Shown: positions 41,252-51,447, numbered from the stretch's first letter. The stretch: DNA of 64,000 bases from Rickettsiales bacterium (GCA_044237845.1 JBIIEL010000003.1:32925-96924), one strand, 5' to 3'. Notes: a model not told the origin generated them from the letters alone. Numbers and translations are program-made.

Positions 41252-42553
41252 ATGGCGGAAACCATTCCCTATCTCGATACGATTGAAACGGCACTCACCC
41301 GCATGAAAGACTGGGTGGTGGAGCGCGCGTTCACTGCCGAATCACTGGGGCAGATGCTGGTGGTAGCCATGTTACTGCTGGTGGCGATGGTGGCGTCGCG
41401 CCGCCTTGCACCGGTCATCAACGCACTGGCGGAACGCTGGGGTACCAAGAACACGGCGCGGGTGACGTCGCGCATTCACCTCACCACGCAGGAAGTGCTG
41501 ATGCTGCTGTTCGCGCCGCTGCTGCTGTGGGTGGCGACGGTGGTGGCCGCGGTGGAATTTTACCCGGATACCATACTGAACATTGCGGCCAGCCTTGCCG
41601 GAGCATGGTCGATGATTCGTCTGGGGTCGGGCACAATCCGCAGCCGGGGCATCTCGAAGGCGCTGGCGATTGCGATGTGTACCCTTGCGGGGCTGAATAT
41701 TCTTGGCTGGTTGCGGCCGACGATGGACGCGCTCGATAAGGCAACGCTCACCTCGGGTCAGAACCCGATTTCGCTCCTTGCGATTATCAAAGTGGTGCTG
41801 CTGCTGGTGCTGTTGCTGTGGCTGTCGCGCGTGGCAGCAGAAGCGGTGGAGCGCACGCTTTGGCGGAGCAAAACCATGACGCCCTCACAGAAAGTGCTGT
41901 TCGCAAAGCTGGTTAAAATCGGGCTGATTCTGCTTGCGCTTCTCATCGGCCTCAATGCCTCGGGCATTGATTTTACCGCGCTGGCCGTGTTCTCCGGGGC
42001 GCTCGGTATCGGCCTTGGGTTCGGCTTGCAGCGCGTGTTCTCGAACCTCATCAGCGGATTTATTCTGTTGATGGATAAATCTATCAAACCGGGCGATGTG
42101 ATCGCGGTGGCGGATACGTACGGTTGGGTGAACCATATCGGCGCACGGCATGTGTCCATCCTCACGCGTGACGGCAAGGAGCATCTCGTTCCCAACGAAA
42201 CACTGATTACGCAGCCGGTGGAAAACTGGTCGTATAGCAACCAGAATATTCGGATACATATTCCAATCACGGTGTCGTATCAGGAAGACCGGCGGCTGGT
42301 AAAAAAACTGCTGCTCGATGTGACACATGCCAACACGCGGATTCTGAAAGACCCAGCACCGACTTGTCTCATCGAGAAATTCGGCGAGCGCGGCGTGGAG
42401 TTTGAAATCCGCGCCTGGATTGAAGACCCGGTCAACGGCATAGGCAATGTACGCAGCAGTATTTACGAAGCGGTATGGGATATGTTCAAGGAGCACGGCA
42501 TTGCGTTCCCCGCGCCGCAGCGCGATGTACGCATCACGCGTGAGGACGCGTAG
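41252..42553 (+). CDS. Mechanosensitive ion channel (MscS family)
   Basis: Multiple N-terminal TM helices are followed by GALGIGLGFGLQRVFSNLISGFILLMDKSIKPGDVI and NWSYSNQNIRIHIP. The start is trimmed to ATG 41252. Confidence 0.8.
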   Translation: MAETIPYLDTIETALTRMKDWVVERAFTAESLGQMLVVAMLLLVAMVASRRLAPVINALAERWGTKNTARVTSRIHLTTQEVLMLLFAPLLLWVATVVAAVEFYPDTILNIAASLAGAWSMIRLGSGTIRSRGISKALAIAMCTLAGLNILGWLRPTMDALDKATLTSGQNPISLLAIIKVVLLLVLLLWLSRVAAEAVERTLWRSKTMTPSQKVLFAKLVKIGLILLALLIGLNASGIDFTALAVFSGALGIGLGFGLQRVFSNLISGFILLMDKSIKPGDVIAVADTYGWVNHIGARHVSILTRDGKEHLVPNETLITQPVENWSYSNQNIRIHIPITVSYQEDRRLVKKLLLDVTHANTRILKDPAPTCLIEKFGERGVEFEIRAWIEDPVNGIGNVRSSIYEAVWDMFKEHGIAFPAPQRDVRITREDA

Positions 42554-43283
42554 AAAGCAGCTTCGATTGCATCCATTCCGGTAGCGTAGCGCGGTAGGTG
42601 ACGCCGTCCAGCTCGACCAGTCCATTCTTTGTCGTCACATCCTCAAAACGTAGCAACATGAGGCGCGTGGGCAGCGTGTCGTGCGTGAGGATGTAAAACC
42701 CCTTGCGCGCGATCTGCTTGTAATGCATGCGTGCGATGATTTCCTGCCCGACATAACAGCCCTTGGTGAAGCTGATGGCGTGGAGCAAATCATAGCCCGC
42801 ATCCATCGCGACGATGGTATCCGGCGCGAAATCCACCGCGCTTTCGGGAATGCCGAGGGCAAGGGGTGACAGGTGGTTGGTGGTTGGTGGCAGGTGCGCT
42901 TCGCGGCTGTAAAGCCGCTGTGGCAACTGCGGATGGCGCGGGTCGGGCAGGCCATCATCAGCGAGGGTGATATGCCAGTCGCCGCTAACATCCGTGATGG
43001 TAACCTTCGCGCGGAGTTTATACATGGCAAGGCGCTTGAGCAGCGTGGGGGCGTGCAGCGCAGGGGTATCGAGAAGAATACCGTCGCCTGCGCCGATAGA
43101 AGCTGCGTCGATGAGAAACATATCGTGGAGAATTTTCCCCTGCGGTGAAAGCAGCGCGGCGAACTGAATTTTTGCGTCGGCGAGCTTGGCCACATCCTGC
43201 GTCAGGATGCCTTGCAGGAAGGGGATGGCATCCTCGCCAGTGATGGCGATGAGGGCGCGGGCGCTGTGAGGTGGGGGGTGCAT
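42534..43283 (-). CDS. ygfZ: YgfZ/CAF17 folate-binding Fe-S cluster repair protein
   Basis: 249 aa. IAITGEDAIPFLQGILTQDV, ...LSPQGKILHDMFL, ISFTKGCYVGQEIIARMHYK. Confidence 0.75.
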   Translation of the reverse strand: MHPPPHSARALIAITGEDAIPFLQGILTQDVAKLADAKIQFAALLSPQGKILHDMFLIDAASIGAGDGILLDTPALHAPTLLKRLAMYKLRAKVTITDVSGDWHITLADDGLPDPRHPQLPQRLYSREAHLPPTTNHLSPLALGIPESAVDFAPDTIVAMDAGYDLLHAISFTKGCYVGQEIIARMHYKQIARKGFYILTHDTLPTRLMLLRFEDVTTKNGLVELDGVTYRATLPEWMQSKLLSTRPHA

Positions 43284-44302
43284 TACGCCGTTATATAGGG
43301 CGCGAGGGCGGTTTGTAAACGCTGCGCCATCGCTTCGCGGCTGTATTCGCGCGTCATCAGACCGTGGGCGGAGGTGGAAAGTTCGCCCGCCAGCCGTGGT
43401 GAGGTGAGTAGTTTTTCAATCATAATCGCCAGTTCTTGCGGGTGTTCCGTCGGCACAAACAGTGCGTAGCCGCCGACATGGGCAATGCTGCGCGGCCCTG
43501 GTGTATCGGTGGTGATGACGGGGACGCAATGCGCCATGGCCTCCACCATCGCAAGGCCGAAGGATTCCTTACGCGAGGGAAGCACGAACAGGTCGATCGA
43601 TTCGAAAAACGCGGCTTTGTCGGTCACCCAGCCGGCGAGGATGACGCGGTCTTCCAGTTTATGGGCGCGGATGAGTGCTTCGAGTGTCGGGCGCTCGTCA
43701 CCTTCGCCCGCGAGGATGGCGCGGAATTCAAACCCGCTTTTGGTAGCAATCGCAAGCGCGTGGATGAGCAGGTCGAAGCCTTTGACGGGATGAAAGCGAC
43801 CCATCGCGCCGATGACGGGCGGCGTGCGATATTCCGGGCGTGCGGTGAGCGCGGGCAAGCGCACCATGTTGGGCAGGAAGGTGACGGATTTGCAGCCGGA
43901 GTCTTTGAGATGCGCCTCGACATGGCGGGTGATGGCGAAGCAGTGATCCGCCCGCGCGAAGCGTTTGGTGTTGTAGTTATGGGCGATGGCAATCACCGGC
44001 ACGCGGCCTTTACAGGCAAGCAGCGCCAGCTTCAGTGCGCGGTTGCCATGACAGAGAATCGCCCGCACGTTGTTTCGTTCGACCATGCGACGCAGCCGCC
44101 GTGCGGCAAAGATGTCCCATCCCGCAAGGTTGAAAAGCGATTGATGGGCAAAGCGATGCGCCGCCAGTGGCTTACGTATCCATGCGCGGGGCGAGATGAC
44201 ATTGAGTGCGGGAATGGATGCTGCCGCCAGCGCCTCGGCGTAGTCGAACGCGGCCTGCTCCAACCCACCGCGCTTCCTGCCTAACATGAGATTGAGAATC
44301 AC
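43283..44302 (-). CDS. Glycosyltransferase family 4 (GT-B, group 1)
   Basis: 339 aa. MGRFHPVKGFDLLI..., LPSRKESFGLAMVEAMAHCVPVITTD is the EX7E region. Confidence 0.75.
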   Translation of the reverse strand: MILNLMLGRKRGGLEQAAFDYAEALAAASIPALNVISPRAWIRKPLAAHRFAHQSLFNLAGWDIFAARRLRRMVERNNVRAILCHGNRALKLALLACKGRVPVIAIAHNYNTKRFARADHCFAITRHVEAHLKDSGCKSVTFLPNMVRLPALTARPEYRTPPVIGAMGRFHPVKGFDLLIHALAIATKSGFEFRAILAGEGDERPTLEALIRAHKLEDRVILAGWVTDKAAFFESIDLFVLPSRKESFGLAMVEAMAHCVPVITTDTPGPRSIAHVGGYALFVPTEHPQELAIMIEKLLTSPRLAGELSTSAHGLMTREYSREAMAQRLQTALAPYITA

Positions 44303-44374
44303 CGCTTACCGTTCACTGTTTGCCGTTTGCCGCTTACCAACTAATACGGGTAACGGTCTGCGGTCAACGATGGA

Positions 44375-44650
44375 CTAGTGAATCAGCAACGAACCTTGTA
44401 CCAGTTTGAATTCGGCGGGGGTGACCAGTTCCGCATGCATCACTTTTACGGAGTGAATTTTGCCGTCGAGCTCGCGGTCCCAGAAATCGAGGAATTTATG
44501 CAGCGTCGGGAATTTGGGGGCAATGTCGAACTCCTGCCAGACATAGGATTGCAGCAGCACCGGATGGTCCGGGAAGCGGTAAATAATCTCCGCCGTCGTC
44601 AGCCGGTAATCACGGAGCATCAGCTCCAATTCGCGCGGTTTTTCAGTCAT
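44375..44650 (-). CDS. usg: Usg-family protein
   Basis: 91 aa. LTTAEIIYRFPDHPVLLQSYVWQEFDIAPKFPTLHKFLDFWDRELDGKIHSV matches the alphaproteobacterial Usg family. Confidence 0.8.
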   Translation of the reverse strand: MTEKPRELELMLRDYRLTTAEIIYRFPDHPVLLQSYVWQEFDIAPKFPTLHKFLDFWDRELDGKIHSVKVMHAELVTPAEFKLVQGSLLIH

Positions 44651-44759
44651 TCATATGCTCCTATCCTACATGGACAGCGTGGAACATGGGCATCGCCCCA
44701 TGCTCCAACCTAGCATAATTTCTGACCAAAATCTGCAAAAAAGTGAGCTTAGGCTTGGA

Positions 44760-45512
44760 TTATTGAACTTTGAGGATGAGGTAGCACGCAGGAGATTTGT
44801 TGGAGACGCTATAGTCTGAAGTGGTAGGATTATCTGAGTTAGTACAGCTAGATAAGGCGGTATGATTAGGGGTCATCAGCCAGCCGGTGCCAGGGCGGCT
44901 ATCATCGAATTTGGCGTCGAGCGAGAGAGTTTGAATAGGGGTGAGCATAGCTGTATTCGCTAAAGTTGTAGAAGTAGGGCTGATTTTTGCTACGCGGATA
45001 ACATGTCCGTAGAGCCCGTCGAAATAGAATCCGTCGCCACTGACATCGCCATCCAAATCGTCTGGATGGTCAAACATCAGTGCGGAATCTGGGAAGCTGG
45101 AACGGGGGATGTTGACGCCTGCCTTAGCATATAGAGTGCCGCCACCGCCGGAGCTTTCGCCCGTATAGCTGCCATCAATCAGTTTTGCGTGATTGAGTTG
45201 TTCAAATGCATAGAAAATTTCTGGTGTAGCGATCGAACCACCATTGTCTGAACTCATAATCTGTCCATTTCCATCACCATTATAGGTGGTGGAAAGTTGT
45301 GAGGTGGCGTCCGCCAGATCACCTGGAACGGCACCGTATTTCTGTTGAAACTGGCCAAAAACATTCATGTAGTACTTGGATTCATTGATGATGCCGGTGA
45401 GTTCGGCGTTTTTGACATAGGTGCGCCCGGCGACCAGCCCGCCCATCAGCAGGCCAACGATGACGATGACGATCGCCATTTCAAATAGGGTAAAAGCGTG
45501 GCGGCGGTGCAT
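44760..45512 (-). CDS. Prepilin-type N-terminal methylation-domain protein (paralogue 3, divergent)
   Basis: MHRRHA|FTLFEMAIVIVIVGLLMGG. It shares NGDGNGQI, a (W/F)E.L..AKL block and D.KFDD..PG.G with paralogues 1 and 2. The start is set at ATG 45512 (GAGG 6 nt upstream). The longer track ORF overlaps the divergent SLT gene. Confidence 0.7.
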   Translation of the reverse strand: MHRRHAFTLFEMAIVIVIVGLLMGGLVAGRTYVKNAELTGIINESKYYMNVFGQFQQKYGAVPGDLADATSQLSTTYNGDGNGQIMSSDNGGSIATPEIFYAFEQLNHAKLIDGSYTGESSGGGGTLYAKAGVNIPRSSFPDSALMFDHPDDLDGDVSGDGFYFDGLYGHVIRVAKISPTSTTLANTAMLTPIQTLSLDAKFDDSRPGTGWLMTPNHTALSSCTNSDNPTTSDYSVSNKSPACYLILKVQ

Positions 45513-45618
45513 AAGAGCCTCATCTGTGAAGTTCATCCACTCTAGGCGATTATTGTGCGTGCGGCAATCTTGCCCTGCGGCATAGGGCTTGCTAAAGGTA
45601 TCAAAGAAGCGGGTAGTG

Positions 45619-46515
45619 ATGCGAAATCCTCGGTATGTGCTGGTTTTAGTGGTGGTGATGCTCGTGGTGAGCAGTGCGCCTACCATTGCCGTGGCGGCGG
45701 ATGCGTTGATTGAGGGCGGAAAGCTCTGCACCCAGCAATTCCCCGTGCAGGAGCGGGCGCAGCGCATTCCCACCCATCTGCTGGCGGCGATTTCGACCAC
45801 CGAATCCGGTCGTTGGCACAAGGGGCTCGGCATGGCAGTGCCCTGGCCGTGGACGATCAACGTGGAGGGCAAAGGCTATTATTTCGACAGCAAGGCCGAG
45901 GCCATCGCCCAGACGCAAAGCCTGATGGCGCGGGGCTATCGCAGTATCGATGTCGGCTGTATGCAGGTGAATCTGAAGCATCACTCAGGTGCCTTCCGGG
46001 ATTTGAATGAGGCATTCGACCCTGCGGCCAATGTGGCCTATGCCGCGAAATTCCTGAGCCGCAATTACCAGGAGCTGGGTGATTGGATTAAGGCGACAGC
46101 CGCCTATCACTCGCGCACTGAGGCGCGGGGAAAGAAATACCTCGCCAGCATCGAGCGGAGTTGGAACCGGATTGTGACTAAGGTGGCTGCCGCGCGCGCG
46201 ACGCAGGGCAAGGCTGTCGCTAGCAGTCCCGCCGCTGCCCCTGTGGAAGCGGTAGAGGAGGAGGCTGCGGAGCCACAGCCCGCAGCAAAAGCACCTAAAC
46301 CCAAACGCGTTATTCCCTCGACCCATAATGTCAAAATCATCCGCGTGAATGAGGCCGGACAAGGTGACCACCCGCCTGAGCCGCGCCGCGAAGCCGCGCG
46401 TGAGGACGATATGCTCATCCGCCCGGCAAAGAGTTCTGTGCGCCGCGTGGCGCTTGACAACGACGACGCATCCACGCAACCTAGGGCGCAGCCGAAATCG
46501 GTATTCGTCAACTAA
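45619..46515 (+). CDS. Lytic transglycosylase (SLT domain), secreted
   Basis: Signal sequence MRNPRYVLVLVVVMLVVSSAPTIAVAA. AISTTESGRW...PWPWTINVEGKGYYF...IDVGCMQVNLKHH is typical of alphaproteobacterial SLT proteins. The start could instead be TTG 45589. Confidence 0.75.
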   Translation: MRNPRYVLVLVVVMLVVSSAPTIAVAADALIEGGKLCTQQFPVQERAQRIPTHLLAAISTTESGRWHKGLGMAVPWPWTINVEGKGYYFDSKAEAIAQTQSLMARGYRSIDVGCMQVNLKHHSGAFRDLNEAFDPAANVAYAAKFLSRNYQELGDWIKATAAYHSRTEARGKKYLASIERSWNRIVTKVAAARATQGKAVASSPAAAPVEAVEEEAAEPQPAAKAPKPKRVIPSTHNVKIIRVNEAGQGDHPPEPRREAAREDDMLIRPAKSSVRRVALDNDDASTQPRAQPKSVFVN

Positions 46516-46528
46516 ACAAGAGCTTCAC

Positions 46529-46705
46529 ATGGTCGAAACAATCAACGTATCCGAGCCACAGGTCGCGTGCGATGGTGGCGGTGGCGCGCTGGGGCATCCG
46601 CGCGTGTTTTTGCATATTGATACTGACGCGGGCAACCAGGTGACCTGCCCGTATTGCAGCCGCACCTATGTGCTGCATTCGCCGCATCATGGGCATGCTG
46701 CCTAA
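46529..46705 (+). CDS. Zinc-finger (zf-CHCC, NDUFS6-like) protein
   Basis: 58 aa. VACDGGGGALGHPRVFLHID...VTCPYCSRTYVL. Confidence 0.75.
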   Translation: MVETINVSEPQVACDGGGGALGHPRVFLHIDTDAGNQVTCPYCSRTYVLHSPHHGHAA

Positions 46706-46722
46706 TGGGAAGTGCAAGCACA

Positions 46723-46899
46723 ATGCTGGTTCTGGGGGCTATGGTTTCGGTGCTCGTCGTGCTGGTGCTCGGCATCGTGACAATGGCGCGCGGCGGCGAG
46801 TTCTACAAAAAACACGGCAATAAAATTATGGTCGCGCGCGTGGTGTTGCAAGGCATTGCCATTGCGCTAGTTGCCGCATTGTTGATGATGAAGAAATAG
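46723..46899 (+). CDS. Twin-transmembrane-helix small protein (HIG1-like)
   Basis: 58 aa. Two hydrophobic helices flank MARGGEFYKKHGNKIMVARVVLQG. Confidence 0.65.
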   Translation: MLVLGAMVSVLVVLVLGIVTMARGGEFYKKHGNKIMVARVVLQGIAIALVAALLMMKK

Positions 46900-46908
46900 G
46901 AGCTACGC

Positions 46909-47658
46909 ATGAAAATCCTCGTCCCCGTGAAACGTGTTGTGGATTATAACGTGAAAGTTCGCGTGAAGGCGGATGGCTCGGGCGTGGAGCTCGCCAACGT
47001 GAAAATGAGCATGAACCCGTTCGATGAGATCGCGGTGGAAGAGGCGATTCGCCTCAAGGAAAAAGGCATCGCGACCGAGGTGGTGGTGGTCTCGATTGGC
47101 CCGAAACAGGTGGAAGAAACACTGCGCACCGCGCTTGCGGTGGGTGCAGATCGCGCGATTGCGATTGCGGCAGACACGCGCATTGAGCCGCTCGTGGCCG
47201 CGAAGCTGCTGAAGGCGGTTGTTGAAAAGGAACAAGCGAACCTCGTCATCGCGGGGAAACAGGCGATTGATGATGACGCGAATCAGACCGGGCAAATGCT
47301 CGCCGCGTTGCTGGGCTGGCCGCAGGCAACGTTTGCTTCGAAAGTAGAGATTGCAGGCAGCGAAGCGATTGTGACGCGCGAAGTGGATGGCGGGCTGATG
47401 ACGATTGCGGTGACGCTGCCGGCGGTGATTACCACCGACCTGCGCCTCAACGAACCGCGCTACGCTAAACTGCCAGACATCATGAAAGCGCGCGCCAAGC
47501 CACTCGCGACGCTGACGCCCGCCGAGCTGGGTGTGGATGTGAGCGAACGCACGAAAGTGCTTTCGGTGGCGGAGCCTGCAAAACGCAAAGGCGGCGGCAA
47601 GGTAAAAGACGTTGCTGAGCTGATAGATAAACTGAGAAACGAAGCGAAGGTGATTTAA
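46909..47658 (+). CDS. etfB: Electron transfer flavoprotein beta subunit
   Basis: [46 protein letters not shown]... Confidence 0.92.
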   Translation: MKILVPVKRVVDYNVKVRVKADGSGVELANVKMSMNPFDEIAVEEAIRLKEKGIATEVVVVSIGPKQVEETLRTALAVGADRAIAIAADTRIEPLVAAKLLKAVVEKEQANLVIAGKQAIDDDANQTGQMLAALLGWPQATFASKVEIAGSEAIVTREVDGGLMTIAVTLPAVITTDLRLNEPRYAKLPDIMKARAKPLATLTPAELGVDVSERTKVLSVAEPAKRKGGGKVKDVAELIDKLRNEAKVI

Positions 47659-47659
47659 C

Positions 47660-48586
47660 ATGACCATACTCGTACTCGCAGAACATCATGACGGAAAACT
47701 CGCACCTGCCACGCGCGCAGCGGTCGGTGCGGCCCAGAAAATCGGTGGGGAGGTTCACCTGCTGCTTGCGGGACACAATATCGCAAGTGTGATTGAGGAA
47801 GCAAAAAAACTGGACGGTGTTTCGCAGCTGATGGTTGAGGACGACGCGCTCTATGCGCACCCGCTCGCAGAAAATCTTGCCCCGTTCATTTGTGAGTTTG
47901 CGGATGCCTATACGCATGTGCTGGCGGCGGCGACGACCATGGGCAAAGACGTCATGCCGCGTGTGGCCGCGATGCTCGACATGCAGCAGATTTCGGAGAT
48001 TACGGCGGTGGTGAGCGCGGATACATTCGTGCGCCCCATCTACGCGGGCAATGCGCTCGAGACAGTCCAATCGACGGATGCGATCAAGATCATCACCGTG
48101 CGCGGTACCGCGTTTGATAAAGTGAAAGATGGTGGAAATGCGGAAGTGGTGGAGGTGCCTGCGGTGCCTGTCACTGCCACATCACGCTTCGTGAGCATGG
48201 AAGGCGCGAAGAGCGACCGCCCGGAATTGACCGCAGCGCGCGTGGTGGTTTCCGGCGGGCGTGGCATCGGCTCGAAAGAAAATTTCGCCATTCTGGATGG
48301 TCTGGCGAACAAGCTGAACGCGGCGATTGGCGCCAGCCGCGCGGCGGTGGATGCCGGGTTTGTGCCGAACGATTATCAGGTGGGGCAGACGGGCAAAGTC
48401 GTGGCGCCAGAGCTATACATCGCCGTTGGCATCAGCGGTGCGATCCAGCATCTGGCGGGGATGAAAGAAAGCAAAGTCATCGTCGCCATCAACAAGGACG
48501 AAAACGCGCCGATCTTCGAAGTGGCGGATTACGGCCTCGTGGCGGATCTGTTCCAGGCCGTGCCGGAGCTGGAAAAGGCGTTGTAA
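47660..48586 (+). CDS. etfA: Electron transfer flavoprotein alpha subunit
   Basis: 308 aa. [34 protein letters not shown]. Confidence 0.92.
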   Translation: MTILVLAEHHDGKLAPATRAAVGAAQKIGGEVHLLLAGHNIASVIEEAKKLDGVSQLMVEDDALYAHPLAENLAPFICEFADAYTHVLAAATTMGKDVMPRVAAMLDMQQISEITAVVSADTFVRPIYAGNALETVQSTDAIKIITVRGTAFDKVKDGGNAEVVEVPAVPVTATSRFVSMEGAKSDRPELTAARVVVSGGRGIGSKENFAILDGLANKLNAAIGASRAAVDAGFVPNDYQVGQTGKVVAPELYIAVGISGAIQHLAGMKESKVIVAINKDENAPIFEVADYGLVADLFQAVPELEKAL

Positions 48587-48615
48587 CTTCGCTGTAAAAC
48601 TGCCACAAATTCGGC

Positions 48616-50289
48616 ATGACGCAGTCATTCACCCTCGCGCTTGCGCAAATGAACCCGGTCGTGGGCGATCTGGCGGGCAATGCCTCGCGCATCCGCCAAC
48701 TGGCGGCGAAGGCGGCGGATCTCGGCGCGGACCTGGTGCTCTATCCGGAAATGGCACTGGTGGGCTACCCTGCGCAGGATCTGGTGATTGCCCCGGCCTT
48801 CCGCGAGGCGGCGATGCAGGCGGCGGAGGAAATTGCCGAGGCAACCAAAGACCTGCCCTGCGACCTGCTGTTCGGCGCGCTGTGGTATGAAAACGGCCAT
48901 ACGTATAATGTTAGCCTGCTCGCCAGCGGCGGGACACTTCGTGTCATTCGAACAAAATATGATCTGCCGAATTACGGCGTGTTCGACGAAAAGCGCGTGT
49001 TTGAACCCGGCGCCGCGCCGTGCGTTTTTGAGTGGCGCGGCATCACCCTCGGCGTGCTGATTTGCGAAGAAGTGTGGGATGTGGCGCTCGCCAAAACGCT
49101 GGCGTCGCAGGGGGCGGAGATTCTGCTGGTGCAGAACGCCTCTCCCTACCATATCGGCAAGGCGGGGCAGCGCAAACAGGTGGTGGATGCCGCCGTGCGC
49201 GAAACCGGGCTGCCGCTCGTTTACCTCAACCTTGTCGGCGGGCAGGACGAGCTGGTGTTCGATGGCCGCTCCTACGCTGTCGGTGCGGATGGCAGCGATG
49301 TCGCGCGCCTGCCGGGTTTCGTGGAATCGCTGGCGATTACGAAGTGGGAGAAGGCGAGTAAGGGCTGGCACTGCGTTGCCGCACCGATGGTCGATACACG
49401 CTCCGACGAGGAAACCATCTACCACGCGCTGGTGCTGGGACTGCGCGACTATGTGACGAAAAATGGCTTCCCCAGCGTGGTGCTCGGCCTCTCCGGCGGG
49501 ATTGATTCTGGCCTCACCGCTGCCATCGCTGCGGATGCACTGGGGGCGGAGAAAGTGCATACCATCCGCCTGCCATCGCCGTTCACCAGCGTGGATAGCA
49601 TGGAGGACGCGGAGCAACTCGCCGCCGCGCTCCATCTGCGGATGGATACGGTGCCGATCACCCCGCTGATCGATACCGCGCGCCAGACGCTCGCGCCACT
49701 GTTTGCGGGCCGCCATGCGGATACGACGGAGGAGAATATTCAGGCGCGCCTGCGTGGCATGCTGATTATGGCGGTGAGCAATAAATTCGGCGCGATGGTG
49801 CTGACCACGGGCAATAAATCCGAAATGTCGGTGGGCTACGCGACGCTCTACGGCGATATGTGCGGCGGATTCAGCGTGCTCAAGGATGTCTATAAAACCA
49901 CCGTCACCCGCCTCGCGCGCTGGCGGTCGGCTGCGCCGATGGGCGTTCTGAACGAGCTGGGCTTCCTTGGTGCGGCGGGGCAGGTGATTCCCGAGCGGAT
50001 GATCACCAAACCGCCGACCGCCGAGCTGCGCCCTAACCAGCGCGACGAAGATTCACTGCCGCCCTATCCGGTGCTCGACACTATCTTACGTGGGCTCATC
50101 GAGCGGCAGCTTTCCGTCGCCGAGCTGGTGGCCGAAGGCATGGATGCCGCCACTGTCACCCGCGTGGCCCGCATGGTGGCCGGGGCGGAATATAAACGCC
50201 AGCAATCCGCACCGGGGGTGAAAATCACCCCCATGGCCTTTGGCCGCGACCGCCGCTGGCCAATCACCAACGCGTGGAAGTTCGCGTAA
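48616..50289 (+). CDS. nadE: Glutamine-dependent NAD+ synthetase
   Basis: 557 aa. An N-terminal nitrilase-like domain (LALAQMNPVVGDL, ICEEVW) is followed by the synthetase domain (LGLSGGIDSGL). Confidence 0.9.
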   Translation: MTQSFTLALAQMNPVVGDLAGNASRIRQLAAKAADLGADLVLYPEMALVGYPAQDLVIAPAFREAAMQAAEEIAEATKDLPCDLLFGALWYENGHTYNVSLLASGGTLRVIRTKYDLPNYGVFDEKRVFEPGAAPCVFEWRGITLGVLICEEVWDVALAKTLASQGAEILLVQNASPYHIGKAGQRKQVVDAAVRETGLPLVYLNLVGGQDELVFDGRSYAVGADGSDVARLPGFVESLAITKWEKASKGWHCVAAPMVDTRSDEETIYHALVLGLRDYVTKNGFPSVVLGLSGGIDSGLTAAIAADALGAEKVHTIRLPSPFTSVDSMEDAEQLAAALHLRMDTVPITPLIDTARQTLAPLFAGRHADTTEENIQARLRGMLIMAVSNKFGAMVLTTGNKSEMSVGYATLYGDMCGGFSVLKDVYKTTVTRLARWRSAAPMGVLNELGFLGAAGQVIPERMITKPPTAELRPNQRDEDSLPPYPVLDTILRGLIERQLSVAELVAEGMDAATVTRVARMVAGAEYKRQQSAPGVKITPMAFGRDRRWPITNAWKFA

Positions 50290-50307
50290 TTTCAGCCACT
50301 TATTAAT

Positions 50308-50352
50308 CTTCACAAAAACTTCATGATTCTCGCCGCGCAAATAGGGTAGAGC
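50308..50352 (+). promoter_or_regulatory. Direct-repeat box + -10 (instance D)
   Basis: aatCTTCACAAAAACTTCATGA, then 21 nt, then TAGAGC (a weak -10). It starts 19 nt after the nadE stop. Confidence 0.45.
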
Positions 50353-50381
50353 GCAAGCCTTCATATGAAGGAGTGATGCCA

Positions 50382-50921
50382 ATGACCGCGAATGGAATTG
50401 TACACGCAGAAGATAAGCAGGCGCTGGAGGCGATTTTGCGCGTGACAGATGTGACGATGCTGAAACATCTGCTCTCGCATGACAATTCGCGGCTGCTACG
50501 CGATGTGAAAGCGATGATTCAGGTGCGCACGAATAGCCCCGAGAAGGCAGAATTTTTTAACTCCAGAGCGGGCAAAGCCCTGTTTGAGCTGACTTTAAGA
50601 GAATATATCCTTGACCGGGAGCAGAATCCGAGCCCGGCAACGGTGATTTCATCGGCTGAATTGGAGATCATTCAAGCGGCAACCTTTGATGGAAAATCCG
50701 GCGAAAAATTCATGCGACAGCGCCTTGCGGGCTCTGGCATGCATAGCGCGGATAAGCTTTCACTTTCGGATTTTCTTAATTTGCCGGAGGTTCGTCAGGT
50801 GTTTATAGACAATGCTGCGGCGCGTGCACTGCAGTCAAACAACCCATTGATAAAAGCTGTTAATGAGCTTGTCCCTCTGGGCCCTGTTGTTACAAAGTCC
50901 AATGAGGTTACGCACGATTAG
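50382..50921 (+). CDS. Hypothetical protein (orphan, regulon member D; distant paralogue of 51448..52071)
   Basis: About 179 aa. GAAGGAG RBS 8 nt upstream of ATG 50382. It shares LKHL...IQVRT with member F. No known domain and no signal peptide. Confidence 0.55.
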   Translation: MTANGIVHAEDKQALEAILRVTDVTMLKHLLSHDNSRLLRDVKAMIQVRTNSPEKAEFFNSRAGKALFELTLREYILDREQNPSPATVISSAELEIIQAATFDGKSGEKFMRQRLAGSGMHSADKLSLSDFLNLPEVRQVFIDNAAARALQSNNPLIKAVNELVPLGPVVTKSNEVTHD

Positions 50922-50949
50922 GCATAAGAGAAAGGTTTGTTTTATCTAA

Positions 50950-50995
50950 TTGTCACAAAAGCTTCACACAAAAGGCGCTGGTTTTGCGTTAGAGT
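50950..50995 (+). promoter_or_regulatory. Direct-repeat box + -10 (instance E)
   Basis: aaTTGTCACAAAAGCTTCACACA, then 21 nt, then TAGAGT. Confidence 0.6.
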
Positions 50996-51031
50996 GAATG
51001 CAGTTTCGTAACCAATAGGAAGAGGGTCACA

Positions 51032-51250
51032 GTGACAGGGAATTACAAAGAGAAGTTAATTGAGGCGTCTCAGAACGCCAAAGCCCCAGAGGTGAATCGT
51101 CAGCTACATACGGCGCGTCTTCATGAGAGTAAGCAGGTTTCGGTAGCAGATTTCAATGCCAGCAACGAAGCGTGGCGACAAAAAGTGCAGGAAGAGATTG
51201 CCCGCAAGCTGGAGCAAAGCCAGAACGGGGCAGCGCCGTTGCCATCCTAA
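51032..51250 (+). CDS. Hypothetical small protein (orphan, regulon member E)
   Basis: 72 aa with a GTG start preceded by AGGAAGAGGG. Hydrophilic and helical. Its own box and terminator bracket it. Confidence 0.45.
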   Translation: MTGNYKEKLIEASQNAKAPEVNRQLHTARLHESKQVSVADFNASNEAWRQKVQEEIARKLEQSQNGAAPLPS

Positions 51251-51271
51251 GCATTCTGAGGAAGTGTTGAA

Positions 51272-51307
51272 AAACCTCTGCCAGCCATCGCTCGCAGAGG
51301 TTTTTTG
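51272..51307 (+). terminator. Rho-independent terminator
   Basis: aaaaCCTCTGCcagccatcgctcGCAGAGGtttttt. Confidence 0.65.
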
Positions 51308-51345
51308 TAGGACGAGCGCTTTTTATAGTGCGCCGCAGCATGTAA

Positions 51346-51391
51346 TTGTCACAAAAGCTTCACACACAGACCCGCGGCAGTTTGTTATAAC
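51346..51391 (+). promoter_or_regulatory. Direct-repeat box + -10 (instance F)
   Basis: aaTTGTCACAAAAGCTTCACACAcaga, then 21 nt from the second half-site, then TATAAC. Confidence 0.6.
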
Positions 51392-51447
51392 CGTTAACAA
51401 GTCATTAACGGCGAGTAAAAAATTACAATAAACAAAGGGAGATGAAG

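Noticed and set aside
48625-49716. 363-aa minus-strand ORF covering most of nadE. Similar long antisense ORFs are 28016..29527 opposite rpoD, 61476..62846 opposite purL, 35925..36797 opposite corC, 39143..40063 opposite the permease, 21800..22570 opposite PBP1A and 8544..9299 opposite fba.
   Set aside because: These are shadow ORFs typical of GC-rich DNA. Their translations are Arg/His/Ala-rich with no motifs, while the opposite strand encodes full-length, clearly recognisable proteins.
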